From the human T2T-CHM13v2.0 reference genome, Homo sapiens, in assembly GCF_009914755.1 (NCBI RefSeq), contig NC_060930.1: a stretch of 64,000 nt of DNA; one strand, 5' to 3'. The translations under genes were made by a program, and so were the position numbers. Below are positions 41,136 to 55,005 of the stretch, piece by piece. The notes beneath the pieces are model-generated. The model did not search any database and was not told the origin of the DNA. It saw nothing but the letters and a program-made list of their open reading frames with translations. The stretch's first letter is position 1, and each line of letters starts with the position of its first letter.

Positions 41136-42381
41136 TATTAAGTGAGCATTTGAAACATAATGTATTATCCAGTATTTCCTTGAATAGTAACTTGAGTGTC
41201 TGCAGTGGGTACATTTTTAAGGAAGAGTCTTAGATAAGAGTTGCTTTTAAGACTGTTGAAAATGCTTTAGAAGTCTAAATTATATTTTTTGCTCCGTCCC
41301 ATCTTCCCAACCTCCCAAAAGAAAACAAAGCTTTGGTCTGCTACAATATGGACTAGTGCTTGATTGAAACTTCCATACTTTACCACAGAAAATGAAAGAA
41401 GTAATGTGTTGTCAAGCACAGAGTGAGCTGATGCCTCTTCATTACCCTAGTAATATAAACAGCAGTAGGATGTACTTTCACATGGCTGAGTGAATATGAT
41501 TTGATTGGTCCTTTACTATTATTCACTGTAATGGAGAATGCCTATCAAAGAGAAAGCTTTTTATTTTGATAATAGCTAACCCTTATTGAGCTGTTCTAGT
41601 GTGCTCTAAAAGTTTTCTATACGATGTTTCTGTGAAAACAGTATTATTTCTGTTTTGTAAATAGAAAACTAAGGTTAATTGGTTTAACAACTTTTAATAA
41701 GGGGACATATAGTTGGAATTAAAATTTAGATCTTTCTGTACAAAGCTTGTTTGGTGTTGTGTCCTATATGTATTTGTTTATTTTTGTTCATTCTTAACAA
41801 ATATCTATTCTCTGCCAGACACTGAGGATACAATGCAAATTAAAAAAACTAAACTGAAAATACAGGCTTTCTGTTCTTAGACCTTATTCTCCAGTACGAG
41901 AGGACAGGAATGGATTTCAAATGGGCCTGCTGGGAAATTTTGGGAAATTGACCTTTACTTTACATAATTTGCTGTAAGCACTGTAGTAATGTGGTAACAT
42001 TATTTTGAACTTGGTGAGAAGACGGGCATACCGGTAGATTTTCTAAAGCAGGTAGGAATAAAGGGCATGAATATATTAAAATTCCCTGTGAGTTTGACAC
42101 AGATCTTAACTTCAAGAGTTTAATAGTTTAAGGATCTTAGCTTAAGAATTCTTAGAAAGTAGGCTGGGTGTGGTGGCTCACACCTGTAATCTCAGCAGGG
42201 AGATGTGGGAGGCCGAGGCGGGCAGATGACTTGAGCCCAGGAGTGTAAGACTAGCCTGGGCAACATAACAAAACCCCGTCTTTACAAAAAAAGAAAACAC
42301 ACACACACACACGTTGAGTATGGTGATCTGTGCCTGTAGTGCCAGCTACTTGAGAGGTTGAGGTACACACACACACACACA

Positions 42382-42420
<39 letters not shown>

Positions 42421-43189
42421 GTTGAGTGTGGCGGTCCGTGCCTATAGTCCAGCTACTTGAGAGGTTGAGGTAGGAGGACCCGTTGAGCCTGGGAGGTCAA
42501 GGCTGCAGTGATCGGTGCTTATGCCACTGTACCACTCCAGCCTGGGTGACAAAGCAAGACCCTGTCTGAAGAAGGAGAAAAAAAAAAATTCTTAGAAAGT
42601 ATGTGATGGGATCCTAATTCTTGTCGACCATTGTCATGAACAGATGGGTGCCTTTATGAGAACTTAAGGAGGAAGCATGTTTGCACTTCTACCAGGATTC
42701 ATTTCCATTTGGGCAGCAGTTGGTCTTTGGTTAAACTGGTTTTTGTTGTTGTTGTTTTGACACAAAGCCTCGCTCTGTCACCATGCTGGAGTGCGGTGGC
42801 GTAATCTAGGCCCACCGCAACCTCCATCTCCCAGGTTCAAGCAATTCTCATGCTTCTGCCTCCTGAGTAACTGGGATTACAGGCATTTACCACTACACCT
42901 GGGTAATTTTTGCACTTTTAGTAGAGATGGGGTTTCGCTGTGTTGGTCAGGCTGGTCTCACACTCCTGGCCTCAAGTGATCCACCTGCCTTGGCCTCCCA
43001 AAGTGCTGGGATTACAGGTGTGAGCCACTATGCCTGACCTTGGTTAAACTCTTACTAAGTTAAATTTCATTAAAGGAACTTGCGTCCTTTGTCTCTTACT
43101 GTCAGTCAGCATCACCCTGTGACATATCTTTTAAAAAATCAAGTATTAGTTAAATAATCATACAAGTAAACATCAGATTACAGCAGTGA

Positions 43190-44150
43190 ATGCTTCACAG
43201 GTATTATAAATGATAGCACAAAGAAAGCATAAAAGAGGGAGTATTGATCTGATTGGGGAGGTCGGGAAGCCTTTCCTCATTAGGTGATGCTTTAAGATGG
43301 ATGGGTATGCATTAACTATTGGAGAGACCCTGGTAGAGAGTATTCCAAATAGAGGAAACAAGCCTATTTTAAAGGCCCTGTGGCAGGGACCTGAAAAAAG
43401 ACGACTGTGTGTCTAGAATAGAAGGCTGGGACAATAGTGTAAGATGAGGCTGGAAAGGTAGACAGGAGTTAGAATGGACAGGGCCTTAAATATACAGGTT
43501 TTTTTGTATTTATCCAAAGAGTGGGAAGGCATCGACCATTTTAAGGGGGGTGGGTAGTAGGAGTGGGTGAGTGTCAGTTACCTGATCAGATTAGTTTTTG
43601 AAAAGATAGCTGTATTTTAAGTGAATTAATGCAGGAACAGAAAACCAAATGCATGTTCTCACAAGTGAGAGTTAGGCATTGGGTACTCATGGACATAAAG
43701 ATGGCAACAGTAGATACTGGGGTCTGCTAGAAGAGGGAGGGAGGAAGGGGTTGAAAAACTGTTGGGCACTAAGCTCAGTACCTGTGTGATGGGAATTTTT
43801 TGTACCGCAAACCTCAGCATCACAAAATACACCCAGTGACAAACCTGCACATGTACCCCCGAATTCTAAAATAGAAGTTGGGGGGGAAAAAAAGAAAAGA
43901 TAGCTCTAAACATGGTAGGGAGAACATACCGCATGTATTTAGACGTTGTTCTTCAGGTGAGAGATTAAGGTAAATTGGACTGTGGTCATGGTATGGTGGT
44001 TAGAATTTTGAAATACGAGTTGGTAGAGGGAGAGGAGACAAATATGGGGAAAAACTGGGCAGATTTCTGAGATACGAAGGGCAAAAATGAGTAGAATTGA
44101 ATGCTATAAGTGGTGCTGAAGTAAAAGCTATGCAAGATTCCCTAAGTTTG
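43190..44150 (-). mobile_element. L2 fragment interrupted by the L1PA at 43612-43893
   Basis: ATTCCAAATAGAGGAAACA...AAAGGCCCTGTGGCAGG...GATGAGGCTGGAAAGGTAG. Confidence 0.65.
43612..43893 (+). mobile_element. L1PA (PA15/16-like) 3' end inserted in an L2
   Basis: L1 3' UTR motifs (ACAAACCTGCACATGTACCCC); TSD GAAAAGATAGCT at 43600-43611 and 43894-43905. Confidence 0.85.
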
Positions 44151-44538
44151 TAGTTAATTAACCAAGAAATTCTGTTTGAATTGCGTTTAAAATCTGTTGA
44201 AGTTGTTTTTGCAGTGTTCTGATGGCCAAAGTTTAGTTTCGACTTCTAATTAATATCTTACAGTGTTATACTTAAAAATCAGCATCTCTGCATATAATAG
44301 AAGTTTTAATCAGTAATTGTCTGTTGCCTGATTCCCTCACACTAAAGTAGGATTCTTTCCCTTTGCTTATATGAGAAATTTCAAAACAAAGATTTGGAGG
44401 TAGGCCGGGCACTGTGGCTCATGCTTGTAACCTCACCACTTTGAGAGGCTGAAGTAGGCAGATTGCTTGAGCCCAGCAGTTCAAGACCAGCCCAGGCAAC
44501 ATGGTGAAACACCACCTCTACAAAACATATAAAAATTA

Positions 44539-44689
<151 letters not shown>

Positions 44690-44737
44690 TCAATCAATCA
44701 ATCAATAAAGTGGGGGATGGGGTGGGATTATTGTTAA

Positions 44738-45004
<267 letters not shown>

Positions 45005-45064
45005 TAGGCCTCCCAAAGTGCTGGAATTACAGGCATGAGCCACCTTGCCTGGCCAGAGCCCTTG

Positions 45065-45870
45065 ATTTTTAAAAAAGTTTTATTGAGATACATACCATAA
45101 AATCAGTCAACTTAAAGTATACAATTCAGTGGTTCTGTGCAACCATCATCACGTTCCATTTTAAACTAATTTCATCATCCCAACAAGAAACACTCTACTC
45201 ATCAGCAATGATTCCTCATTTATCTCCAGCTCTTTCAGCCCTAGACAACCACCAATAGATTTGCCCTTTCTGGATATTACATATAAATGGAATTATATAA
45301 TATGCTGCCTTTTTCACCTGACTTCTCTAGTTTAGCATAATGTTTTCAAGGTTCATTCAGGTTGTAACATGTATCAGTACTTTTTTTCTTTTTATGGCTC
45401 ATATTTCGTCGAATAGATACATTTGTTTACTCATTAGCTGACAGATATTTGGGTGTCTGCTTTTTTATGAATTTTAAATGAATTTTATGTGAATAGGGCT
45501 ACAATGACCACGTGTACAGGTTATTATTATTTTTTCTTTCTTTTTGAACCCTCAGACGGGAAAAAGTATCATGTACAAGTTCTTTGTGAATACATGTTCT
45601 CAGTTCTCTTGGGTACATACCTAGAAGTGGAATTGGCTGGGTCTTACGTTAACTGTGTTTAATCTTTTGAGGAACTGTCAAGCTGTTTTCCAAAGCTGCT
45701 GCAACATTTTACGTTCCCACCAGTATTGTATGAGGGTTCCAGTTTCTCCACATCCTTGCTTACACTTGTTACTGTCTTTTTGATTATAAGCAAGTAAGTG
45801 TGAAGTGGTAGCTCATTATAGTTTTGATTTGCATTTGCCTTATGGGCAGTGATGTTGAGCTTGATTTGTA
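45065..45870 (-). mobile_element. L1MB-type fragment ending about 110 bp upstream of exon 2
   Basis: TTTTGAGGAACTGTCAAGCTGTTTTCCAAAG...TTTTGATTTGCATTT. Confidence 0.8.
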
Positions 45871-45983
45871 AAAGAAAAGCAGTATGTTGGTTTCATTGAG
45901 AATATAAAAATGAACATGTTTGGTAGTTTCATGTAATTGCTTGGAGAGTTTTGCTGTATGTAAATTTGTTCTTTTTTCATCAG

Positions 45984-46067
45984 TTGTATTCCCTGAATGA
46001 CTATAAACCACCCATTTCGAAAGCGAAAATGACCCAAATTACTAAGGCAGCCATCAAAGCTATTAAG
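45984..46067 (+). CDS. SCAF8: SCAF8 coding exon 2 (LYSLNDYKPPISKAKMTQITKAAIKAIK), CID domain
   Basis: Acceptor TTCTTTTTTCATCAG|, donor AAG|GTGAGT, 84 nt, phase 0/0, open frame. Confidence 0.97.
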
Positions 46068-48956
46068 GTGAGTAATAAATTTTACTCTTCTATTTTCAAA
46101 AGAAAAAACTATATTAATAGTTTGGATGGGGGATAATTTTTTTATGGATTATATGTTCTTTTTCACTTTACAGTGTTAACACATATTGTGGAAAAACACA
46201 AAAAAGAAAATCTGTCACCTGTAGACTCTCCCACCTAGAGATAAACATTTAATGTTTATTATTACTCTTTTTTAGAGACAATGTCTTATTCTGTCACCCA
46301 GGCTGGACTGCAGTGCCACGATCATAGCTCACTGTGGCCTCGACCTCCTGGGCTCAAGTGATCCTCTTGCCTCAGCCTCCTGAACATTTAACATTTTGAT
46401 AAATGTTCTTCCTTAAACATTCTTCCATAAATTTTTTGAAGCAGTCATTTTTCCTCACCTTTCTTAGATAATATTTTGCATATATCCACATTATGGAGAA
46501 TGTGTTTAACACTGTCTTTTGCCACACTGTCTTTTGCCACAAGGTTCTTGGCAGAACCTTGAAATTTGAGTTGGTAAAAGTTTCTATATATTGATATATT
46601 CATTTTTTCTTATTGATTCTATTAATATTATAGATTTGAAAATAGGCCATTAAGGAAAACAGTTGTGACTCATTGTATCAGGTATTTGAACTGTGGGAAA
46701 AGGCCATAGACATTTAACCTTTGCTCTCATAAAGTAGGTTTTGAACCTATGTTAACTCATGAATAGTTCTGAAAATCTCAGGAAAAGGTTGGATCCTCTG
46801 GAGAAATAAACATATGCGCAAAATTTTATAGAAACTTTTTGGCAAAAGGATCTTTTCAAGCTCAGCCATAGATTTTTCCCCGAGAAGTTCTTGTCCCCTA
46901 GGCTAAGATTCCCTGAATTAGTAGGCCTCTTAAAATTGAGAATGAATGAGTACTTATTTCTAATTAAGTAGGTACTAACCTATGAATATTCAGTGATATG
47001 TTTTCCTGCCCTGAATTAAATTATTAACCGTAACCAAAAGCACCAACTATTTAAATTATCTTTTAAATAACAGCAGTGTATTAAATTTAACAGATTCCTA
47101 TTTACTAGTAATTACTACTGGGTGAAAATTCAGATGATTCGTTGATTTTGCAGTTTTCTAGTGGCTAAAGCTTAGTTTTCAGACTTGTTAGTATCTTACA
47201 TCAATAGTTAAAATCAGTGTACTTCCATGGCAGAAAATCAGAGAGAACGACAGTAACTATAAGCACATTGAAGCCAGGAAATGTTTCAAAGACATGATTA
47301 TTTAGAGGATTTGATAGGCTCATTGTGGAATAATTTTATTCTCTTGTACTTTACTCTGCATTATGTGATTTTTATGATCATGATCATTTGAAAGTGTGGA
47401 AACGTGTATTTTTTTCTGTGAAAATTAGTAATTGATGCACTTTTCATAACTTGTTGAGCAGAGTACTTTCTTAATAGAGTTAATGAGGTATAGGTGCAAA
47501 CAGTATTTTCTATTTTCAGATGTCAGACGGGTCTGAGAGAAATTAAGTAATTTGCAGTAGTAGGAGTAAATATAGCTAGAATTTTAAGCCAGAATTCTGT
47601 CAGTCAAGAGTCTAACTCTTTGGACACAGTGGGACACATCGTTAGTCCTAGCTGCTGGGTAGGCTGAGGCAGGAGGATCACTTGAACCCAGGAATTTGAG
47701 GCCAGCCTGGGCAACGCAGTAAGATCTTGGCTCTTAAAGTTTTTTTAAAAAAAGAAGTAATGTTTTTTAAAAAGAGAATCTTTATTATTATTATATATTT
47801 TATTATTTTGACTTACTGTTTTTAATGTTTTGAATTTTGAAAAAATTTAAACCTAAGTTGCAAATTATTATGGTGAGCAGGACATATTCTTCCCTTAGAT
47901 TTGCTGATTAACATGTTGCTACATATGGAAGTTAGTTTCAGACTTCATTCATAGTAACACTTAATCCTTGATACATACTTGAATTTGAAACTCCTGAGAA
48001 TAAAGACATTTTCCTTGGGAACCATAATATACCAATCACATGCAAAAAATTTCACTTTGATAGAATTATCTAATATAGAGTTCATCCTTAACATTTTAAC
48101 GTTGTTGCATTGTTGACTAGTAGCTGTTGCTGTCAACCCTGCTTTTTCATAATCCAGTCAAGATCACACATTATACTTATTTGTCCTGTCACCCAGCAGT
48201 TTTTTTTTTGTGACATTGACATTTTTGAAGCGTCTAGACCAGTTGTTTTTCACTACTTTATTACTTTAAACTGCATTTAGTGTGTATATATGTATATATA
48301 TATATGTATATATATAAACACTACATTTTATCAATCAGATTTAAATGATACTGTGTTTCATATTGAGGTAAGTCATTGTTTTTTATATAGAAATGATTAG
48401 TGAGTGATGGTTAACATTGCATTGTCAACAAAACCTCCCAGAAAACCTATTGTGGAAGAAGGCCTATGAGAATTAATAAACTTTCAGTTAAGATTTATGA
48501 AGTAGTTTTATTTTAATTATGTATAGTAACAAAACAAAGAACACTGTCAAGGTGTCTTCCAGAATTGTTCCTTCAATGTGTAGTTATTTAATATTTTGCA
48601 TATTGATTTTTAAATGTTTAGGGGCCTCTAAAGTGCCTAATAACTTTAGTTGTTTTGGCTTTTTTACTTAAGTAACTTAAACCATTGAGTAAACTTACTT
48701 TATTGTAAGTAACTTTAGCCAGACTTAAACTTGTAGGTTTTGATTTGGTGAATATGAGTTCATGATGTTTTCTTTTCTTTTTGTTATTATAAATACTGGA
48801 TTTAGTGCTGAGGTTTAGTTGAATGTTCCTATTTCTTCAGTCTAAGGGAATGTCCTTAAAAAGCATAATTCACGAGAAGAAAAGTATAAAGAAGGCTGGG
48901 CGCAGTGGCTCACGCCTATACTTCCAGCACTTTGGGAGGCCGAGGTGGGTGGATCA

Positions 48957-49234
<278 letters not shown>

Positions 49235-49995
49235 TCATACGCCAATATGGTATTGTTATTGTGGCATTAAAATTTATTAGGCACACATGTATATACTATA
49301 CGCTAAATTTATAATTTATTTCAAGTTTATTCATAGTGCTATATTTTATGAAACTTAAATCTTCTAAGTTTTCTTAAAATTGATAGTGGCCAATTACTAA
49401 TTTTTAATCTACATGTTCACTTCCGCTGATTCATTTTGTCTGATCCATTAGGATATTATACATTTCTATGTTTTATTTTGTATTCTTGCAGTTCATTTTC
49501 CAGGAGAAGCAGAAGGAGATAAATGAAGTAGAAAACTACCTTACATACATTTATTAATGTTATTTGTAGTTACTTGATTTTTCAAATTTCCCTTGATTTA
49601 ACTGATAAAATCATACTGTATGAAATCTGTACTTTTCCTTTCATGAATATAAGAATATACACCCACCAGTACTTATTAGAAGTATTTTGAAGTCAACACA
49701 ACTGTTTGTTAAAGTATGCTTTCAGAAAGTCTTCAATAGCATTATTTTATATCTGTGGTAAGGTAATGCACTTTGGACATGCTGATCACACATCTACTTT
49801 AGAGAAGCCCTTTACTAATTATATAGCACAGCTAGTTGCATATAAAGGTGAGTGACAAGAATGTTTGTCTCAAAATTCTTGGTTAAGATAATTGTTTTGA
49901 TAGACCTTTGGAGCATGTAAAACCTATGGTTAGCAGGAAATTTCAATCTCCTCAAACTGATTTTAAAACCATACTTCATTTTTTTCCTCTTTTAG

Positions 49996-50040
49996 TTCTA
50001 TAAACATGTGGTACAGAGTGTTGAGAAGTTTATTCAGAAA
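49996..50040 (+). CDS. SCAF8: SCAF8 coding exon 3 (FYKHVVQSVEKFIQK)
   Basis: Acceptor TTTTTCCTCTTTTAG|, donor AAA|GTAAGT, 45 nt, phase 0/0; too short for the ORF track but bridges exons 2 and 4 in frame. Confidence 0.96.
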
Positions 50041-50461
50041 GTAAGTATATAATTTTCCATACATGTGCTGTAATTGTAGATTAATGCCTGTACTCTTCTC
50101 CTTTAGATCAAATACCCAAGTTTAAATTGTTTTGATGGACTGTTAAAAAGTGATTCCAGTTATTTTATTTTCCAATTAAGAAATAAAATAAAAGTGCCTT
50201 TCAGATAATTTTACTTAGGTTTGTATTCTGCCTATGTTCATGTGCCTAAATGTAAGCAGAGCCAGTTTGAGAATCGGTGTCATGTGGTATTAAGGATTCA
50301 GCAAGGTTGCAGTGTGTTTATGTTCCACTTGGGAGAAGGGTGCGGGATTTGAAGTGAGATTTCAGTCATTCAACTGGCTAGGTAACTTTGAATAAGTTAG
50401 TTAGCCTTTATGTCATTGAGTTCTTTTTTCTTTTTTAAAATTCTTGTTTTCTCAGTATTTA

Positions 50462-50827
<366 letters not shown>

Positions 50828-51349
50828 TTAAGTGGTTTAGGTAACTTGAAGCTAAGATAAAGGGTTGAATAACAAGTATGCTGTCTGTTTCACTTAAAGT
50901 TTAAAAATGTTAGTGATTAGAAAATTTTATTTGGTCTAACGCTTTTAAAAGCATTTCTCAGAGATTGTTCTGATTAAAGATCTTTCTTTAAAAGTTTTAA
51001 TGTCTGGTTTTGTTTTGTTTTGTTTTGGTTTTTTTGTTTTTGTTTTTGAGACGGAGTCTCACTCTGTCGCCCAAGCTGGAGTGCAGTATCAAGATTTCGG
51101 CTCACTGCAACCTCTGTCTCCCGAGTTCAAGCTATTCTCTTGCCTCAGCCTCCCCTGTAGCTGGGATTACAGACATGCGCCACCACGCCCAGCTAATTTT
51201 TTTGTATTTTTAGTAGAGATGGGGGTTTCACCATGTTGGCCAGGCTGGTCTTGAACTCCTGACCTCAAATGATCCATGTGTCTTGGCCTCTCAAAAGTGC
51301 TGGGATTATAGGCGTGAGCCACTGCGCCCAGCCATAAAGTTTTAATGTC

Positions 51350-51510
51350 TTACACTATGCCTCATAAACTTGATGAATAGGAATTTACCTAGAATTCTTG
51401 TTAAAAATGTGGATTCTAATTCACCGAGTGTGGAGAGGAACCTGAGATTCTGCATTTGTAACAGCTCCTAGATGATGTTTCTTTACAAACCACAATTTGA
51501 GTAGTAAAGG
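51350..51510. mobile_element. MER5A/B (hAT-Charlie)
   Basis: CTTGTTAAAAATGTGGATTCT...CCTGAGATTCTGCATTTGTAACAGCTCC. Confidence 0.65.
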
Positions 51511-51755
51511 TTTAAAAGGTAAAAGTGAATTTATGGATAAATGCTTGTTGACTGATTTGATTTGTGGTAGGGTACTTTGAATAAAATGTGTCAGAATCTT
51601 AGGAAGACCTGGAATGAGCAAAGTTACTCTATCGTGAGATAATTACAGTCAATCTGAAGAAGCCAATCAGTGTATGGGGAAAAACTTAAATGCTTTGCTA
51701 TTACCCTGTTTAAATCAGAGATCCAGCAACAGATTTGTGTAATGGTTAAAATAAG

Positions 51756-51756
<1 letters not shown>

Positions 51757-51798
<42 letters not shown>
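51757..51798 (+). repeat. Compound (TG)n(TA)n microsatellite
   Basis: Seen directly. Confidence 0.95.
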
Positions 51799-52351
51799 CA
51801 CTTTTTTTTTATACTTTTGAGCTAATTGTAGATTCACATGTCATTAAATCAGTAGGAATAAATCATGTAGAGATCCCATGTGCCCCTCACTCAGTTTCCC
51901 CCTGTGGTAACGTTCTGTAGAATTGTAGTAAAATATTACAATCAGGACATTGATACAGTCACCTGTTGACACACTAACCTTATTCAGATTTTAATTGTCT
52001 TACATGCACTCATTTGTATATGTATGCATTTAGTTCCATGCCGTTTAATCACATATATAGATTCATATAAACATCACCATAGTCAAGGTACAGAACAGTT
52101 CCTTCACCACTAGGATGCCTTGTGTTTCCCTTTTATATACTCTATAGTCATACTCGACTCACCTCCTCCTCCCCATCCCTAATCCCTAATGCCTGGCAGT
52201 CATTAACCTGTTCTCTTTCTCTATTTTACATTTCAAAATGTTATATAAATTGAATCATACAAAATGTAGCCTTTTGAGATTGACTTATTTTGCCCAGCGT
52301 AATTCTTTTGAGATCTAACCAAGTTGTTGCATGTATCAAATAGTTCCTTCC

Positions 52352-53620
52352 TTTTTTTTTTTTTTTTTTAAATTTAAGTTCTGGTATACAAGTGCAAAAC
52401 ACATAGGTTTGTTACATAGGTATACCTGTGCCATGGTGGTTTGCTGTACCTATCAACTTGTCATCTAGGTTTTAAGCCCCACATACATTAGCTATTTGTC
52501 CTAATGCTCTCCCTCCCCTCGTCCCCCACCCCCGACTGGCCCTGATGTGTTTTGTTCCCCTCCCTGTGTCCATGTGTTGTCATTGTTCAACTCCCACTTA
52601 CGAGTGAGAACATGGGATCTTTGGTTTTCTGTTCCTATGTTAGTTTGCTGAGGATGATGGCTTCCAGCTTCATCCATGTCACTGCAAAGTACATGATCTC
52701 ATTCCTTTTTATGTCTGCATAGTATTCCATGGTGTATATGTACCACATTTTCTTTATCCAGTCTATCATTGATGGGCATTTGGGTTGATTCCATGTCTTT
52801 GCTATCGTGAATAGTGCTGCAGTAAACATACGTGTGCATGCGTCTTTATGGTAGAATGATTTATATTCCTTTGGGTATATACCCAGTAATGGGATTGCTG
52901 GGTCAGATGGTGTTTCTGGTTCTAGATCCTTGAGGAATTGCCACACTGTCTTCCACAATGGTTTAACTAATTTACATTCCCACCAAGAGTATAAAAGTGT
53001 TCCTGTTTCTCCACAGCCTCACCAGCATCGGTTGTTTCTTGACTTTTAAGTAATCACCATTCTGACTGGTGTGAGAGTTTATCTCGTTGTTTTGCCCCAA
53101 AAACTCCTTAAACTGATAAGCAACCTCAGCGAAGTCTCAGGATACAAAATCAATGTGCAAAAATCACAAGCATTCCTATACACCAACAATATACACCAAG
53201 CAGAGAGCCACGTTATGAATGAACTCCCATTCACAGTTGCTACAAAGAGAATAAAATACCTAGGAATATAGCTAACAAGGAGTGTGAAGGACCTCTTCAA
53301 GGAGATCTACAAACCACTGCTCAAGGAAATCAGAGAGGACACAAACAAATGGAAAAACATTCTATCCTCATGGATAGGAAGAATCAATATCGTGAACATG
53401 GCCATACTGCCCAAAGTAATTTATAGAATAAATGGTATTCCCATAAACTACCACTGACATTTTTCACAGAATTAGAAAAAACTACTTTAAATTTCACATG
53501 GAATAGGAAAAGGGCCTGTATAGCGAAGACAGTCTTAAGCAAAAAGAACAAAGCTGGAGGCATTGCACTACCTGCCTTCAAACTATACTACAAGGCTACA
53601 GTAACCAGAAGAGACATATG
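52352..53620 (-). mobile_element. 5'-truncated L1PA with an internal inversion (minus 52352-~53094; inverted plus segment ~53095-53620)
   Basis: Poly(T) tail, L1 3' UTR and ORF2 C-terminus on minus (WKTVWQFLKDLE...); ORF2 piece on plus ([19 protein letters not shown]); degenerate TSD TTCCTTMCTTTT on both sides; nested in an older L1M. Confidence 0.88.
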
Positions 53621-54530
53621 GTTTCCTTACTTTTTATTTCTGAGTAGTATTTCAGGGTATGAATTTACCACAGTTTAATCATTCACTCATTGGGGTTCAT
53701 CTGGGTTGTTTGTAGTTTTTGGTTATTATGAATAAAGCTGCTAGGAACACTTGTATACCCAGAGTGTTTTTGTGTGAATGTAAGTTTACATTTCTTTGGG
53801 ATAGTGAGTACATGTTTCCATTTTATAAGAAGCTACCAAACTGTTTTCCAAGATGGCGGTACCATTTTATATTCTCTTCATATACCATAAATTGTGTGAG
53901 GGAGAAGTGTGGCTGCAGTTTGGTCATATATTATCCGTGAACCCATGTTTTAGTCATGAAAGATTTATGGAGTAATAAATGACAGTAAATGAAAAATTAA
54001 CAGTAAATATGATTTCCTTTAGGCCAAGAAAACTACTCTAAAGAATACTCTGGTCTCTGGCCTTGTCCTAATTAATTTTGCCAAAAATCAGTTCATATGC
54101 TGATTGTGTCTTAGCTTTATAAGACAGAAGCACCTGGGCACTCTGGCTCATGCCTACAGTCTAGCAGTTTGGGAGGGGCCAAGGCTGGGCTCAGGCATTT
54201 GAGACCAGCCTGGGCAAACGTGGCAAAACCCTGTCCCAGCCTAAAAACTACAAAAATTAACTGGGCAAAGTGGCAAGTGCCCGTGTTCCCAGCTGCTTAT
54301 GTGGGTGAGGTGGAGGGATTGCTTGAGGCTTGAGTTCAGGAGGAAGTTGAGGCTGTAGTGAACCATCATTGTGCCACTGCACTCTAGCTTGGGCAACAAA
54401 GCAAGAGCTTGTCTCAAAACAAAACAAAACAAACAAACAGAAAAAATGGGGGCGGCAGCAGCAGCAGAGGCGGGAGTTAGAAACAGATAAGGAAACTTCA
54501 GAAGACAGGTTTTAGAACTTGTTATGATCC

Positions 54531-55005
54531 TGTGTCAGGGTTCTCTAGAGGGACAGAACTAATAGGATATGTGTATATATACACACATATATAGGGTATA
54601 CATATATACAGGGGAGTTTATTAAATATTAACATAAGTATTAACTTACACGATCACAAGGTCCCACAGCAGGCTGTCTGCAAGCTTGAGGTGCAAGGACG
54701 GCCAGTCTGAGTCTCAAAACTGAAGAACTTGGAGTCCAGTGTTCGAGGGCAGGAAGCGTCCAGCACAAGAGGAAGATGTAGGCTCTGAGGCTAGGCCAAT
54801 CTCTCGTTTTCATATTTTTCTACCTGCTCTATACTTGCTGGCAGCTGATTAGATGGTGCCCACCCAGATTAAAGGTGGGTCTACCTTCCCCTGCTCACTG
54901 ACTCAAATGTTAATCTCCTTTGGCAGCACCCTCACAGACACATCCAAGATCAATACTTTATGTCCTTCAATCCAGTCAAGTTGACACTCAGTATTAACCA
55001 TCATA
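54531..55005 (-). mobile_element. MLT2A (HERV-L) solo LTR
   Basis: Ends GTCAGGGTTCTCTAGAGGGACAGAAC...GTTGACACTCAGTATTAACCATCA; perfect 5-bp TSD GATCC at 54526-54530 and 55006-55010. Confidence 0.88.

Noticed and set aside
52635-53300. RT/ORF2-like ORFs as an active retroelement
   Set aside because: Truncated, inverted L1 fragments with no 5' UTR or ORF1
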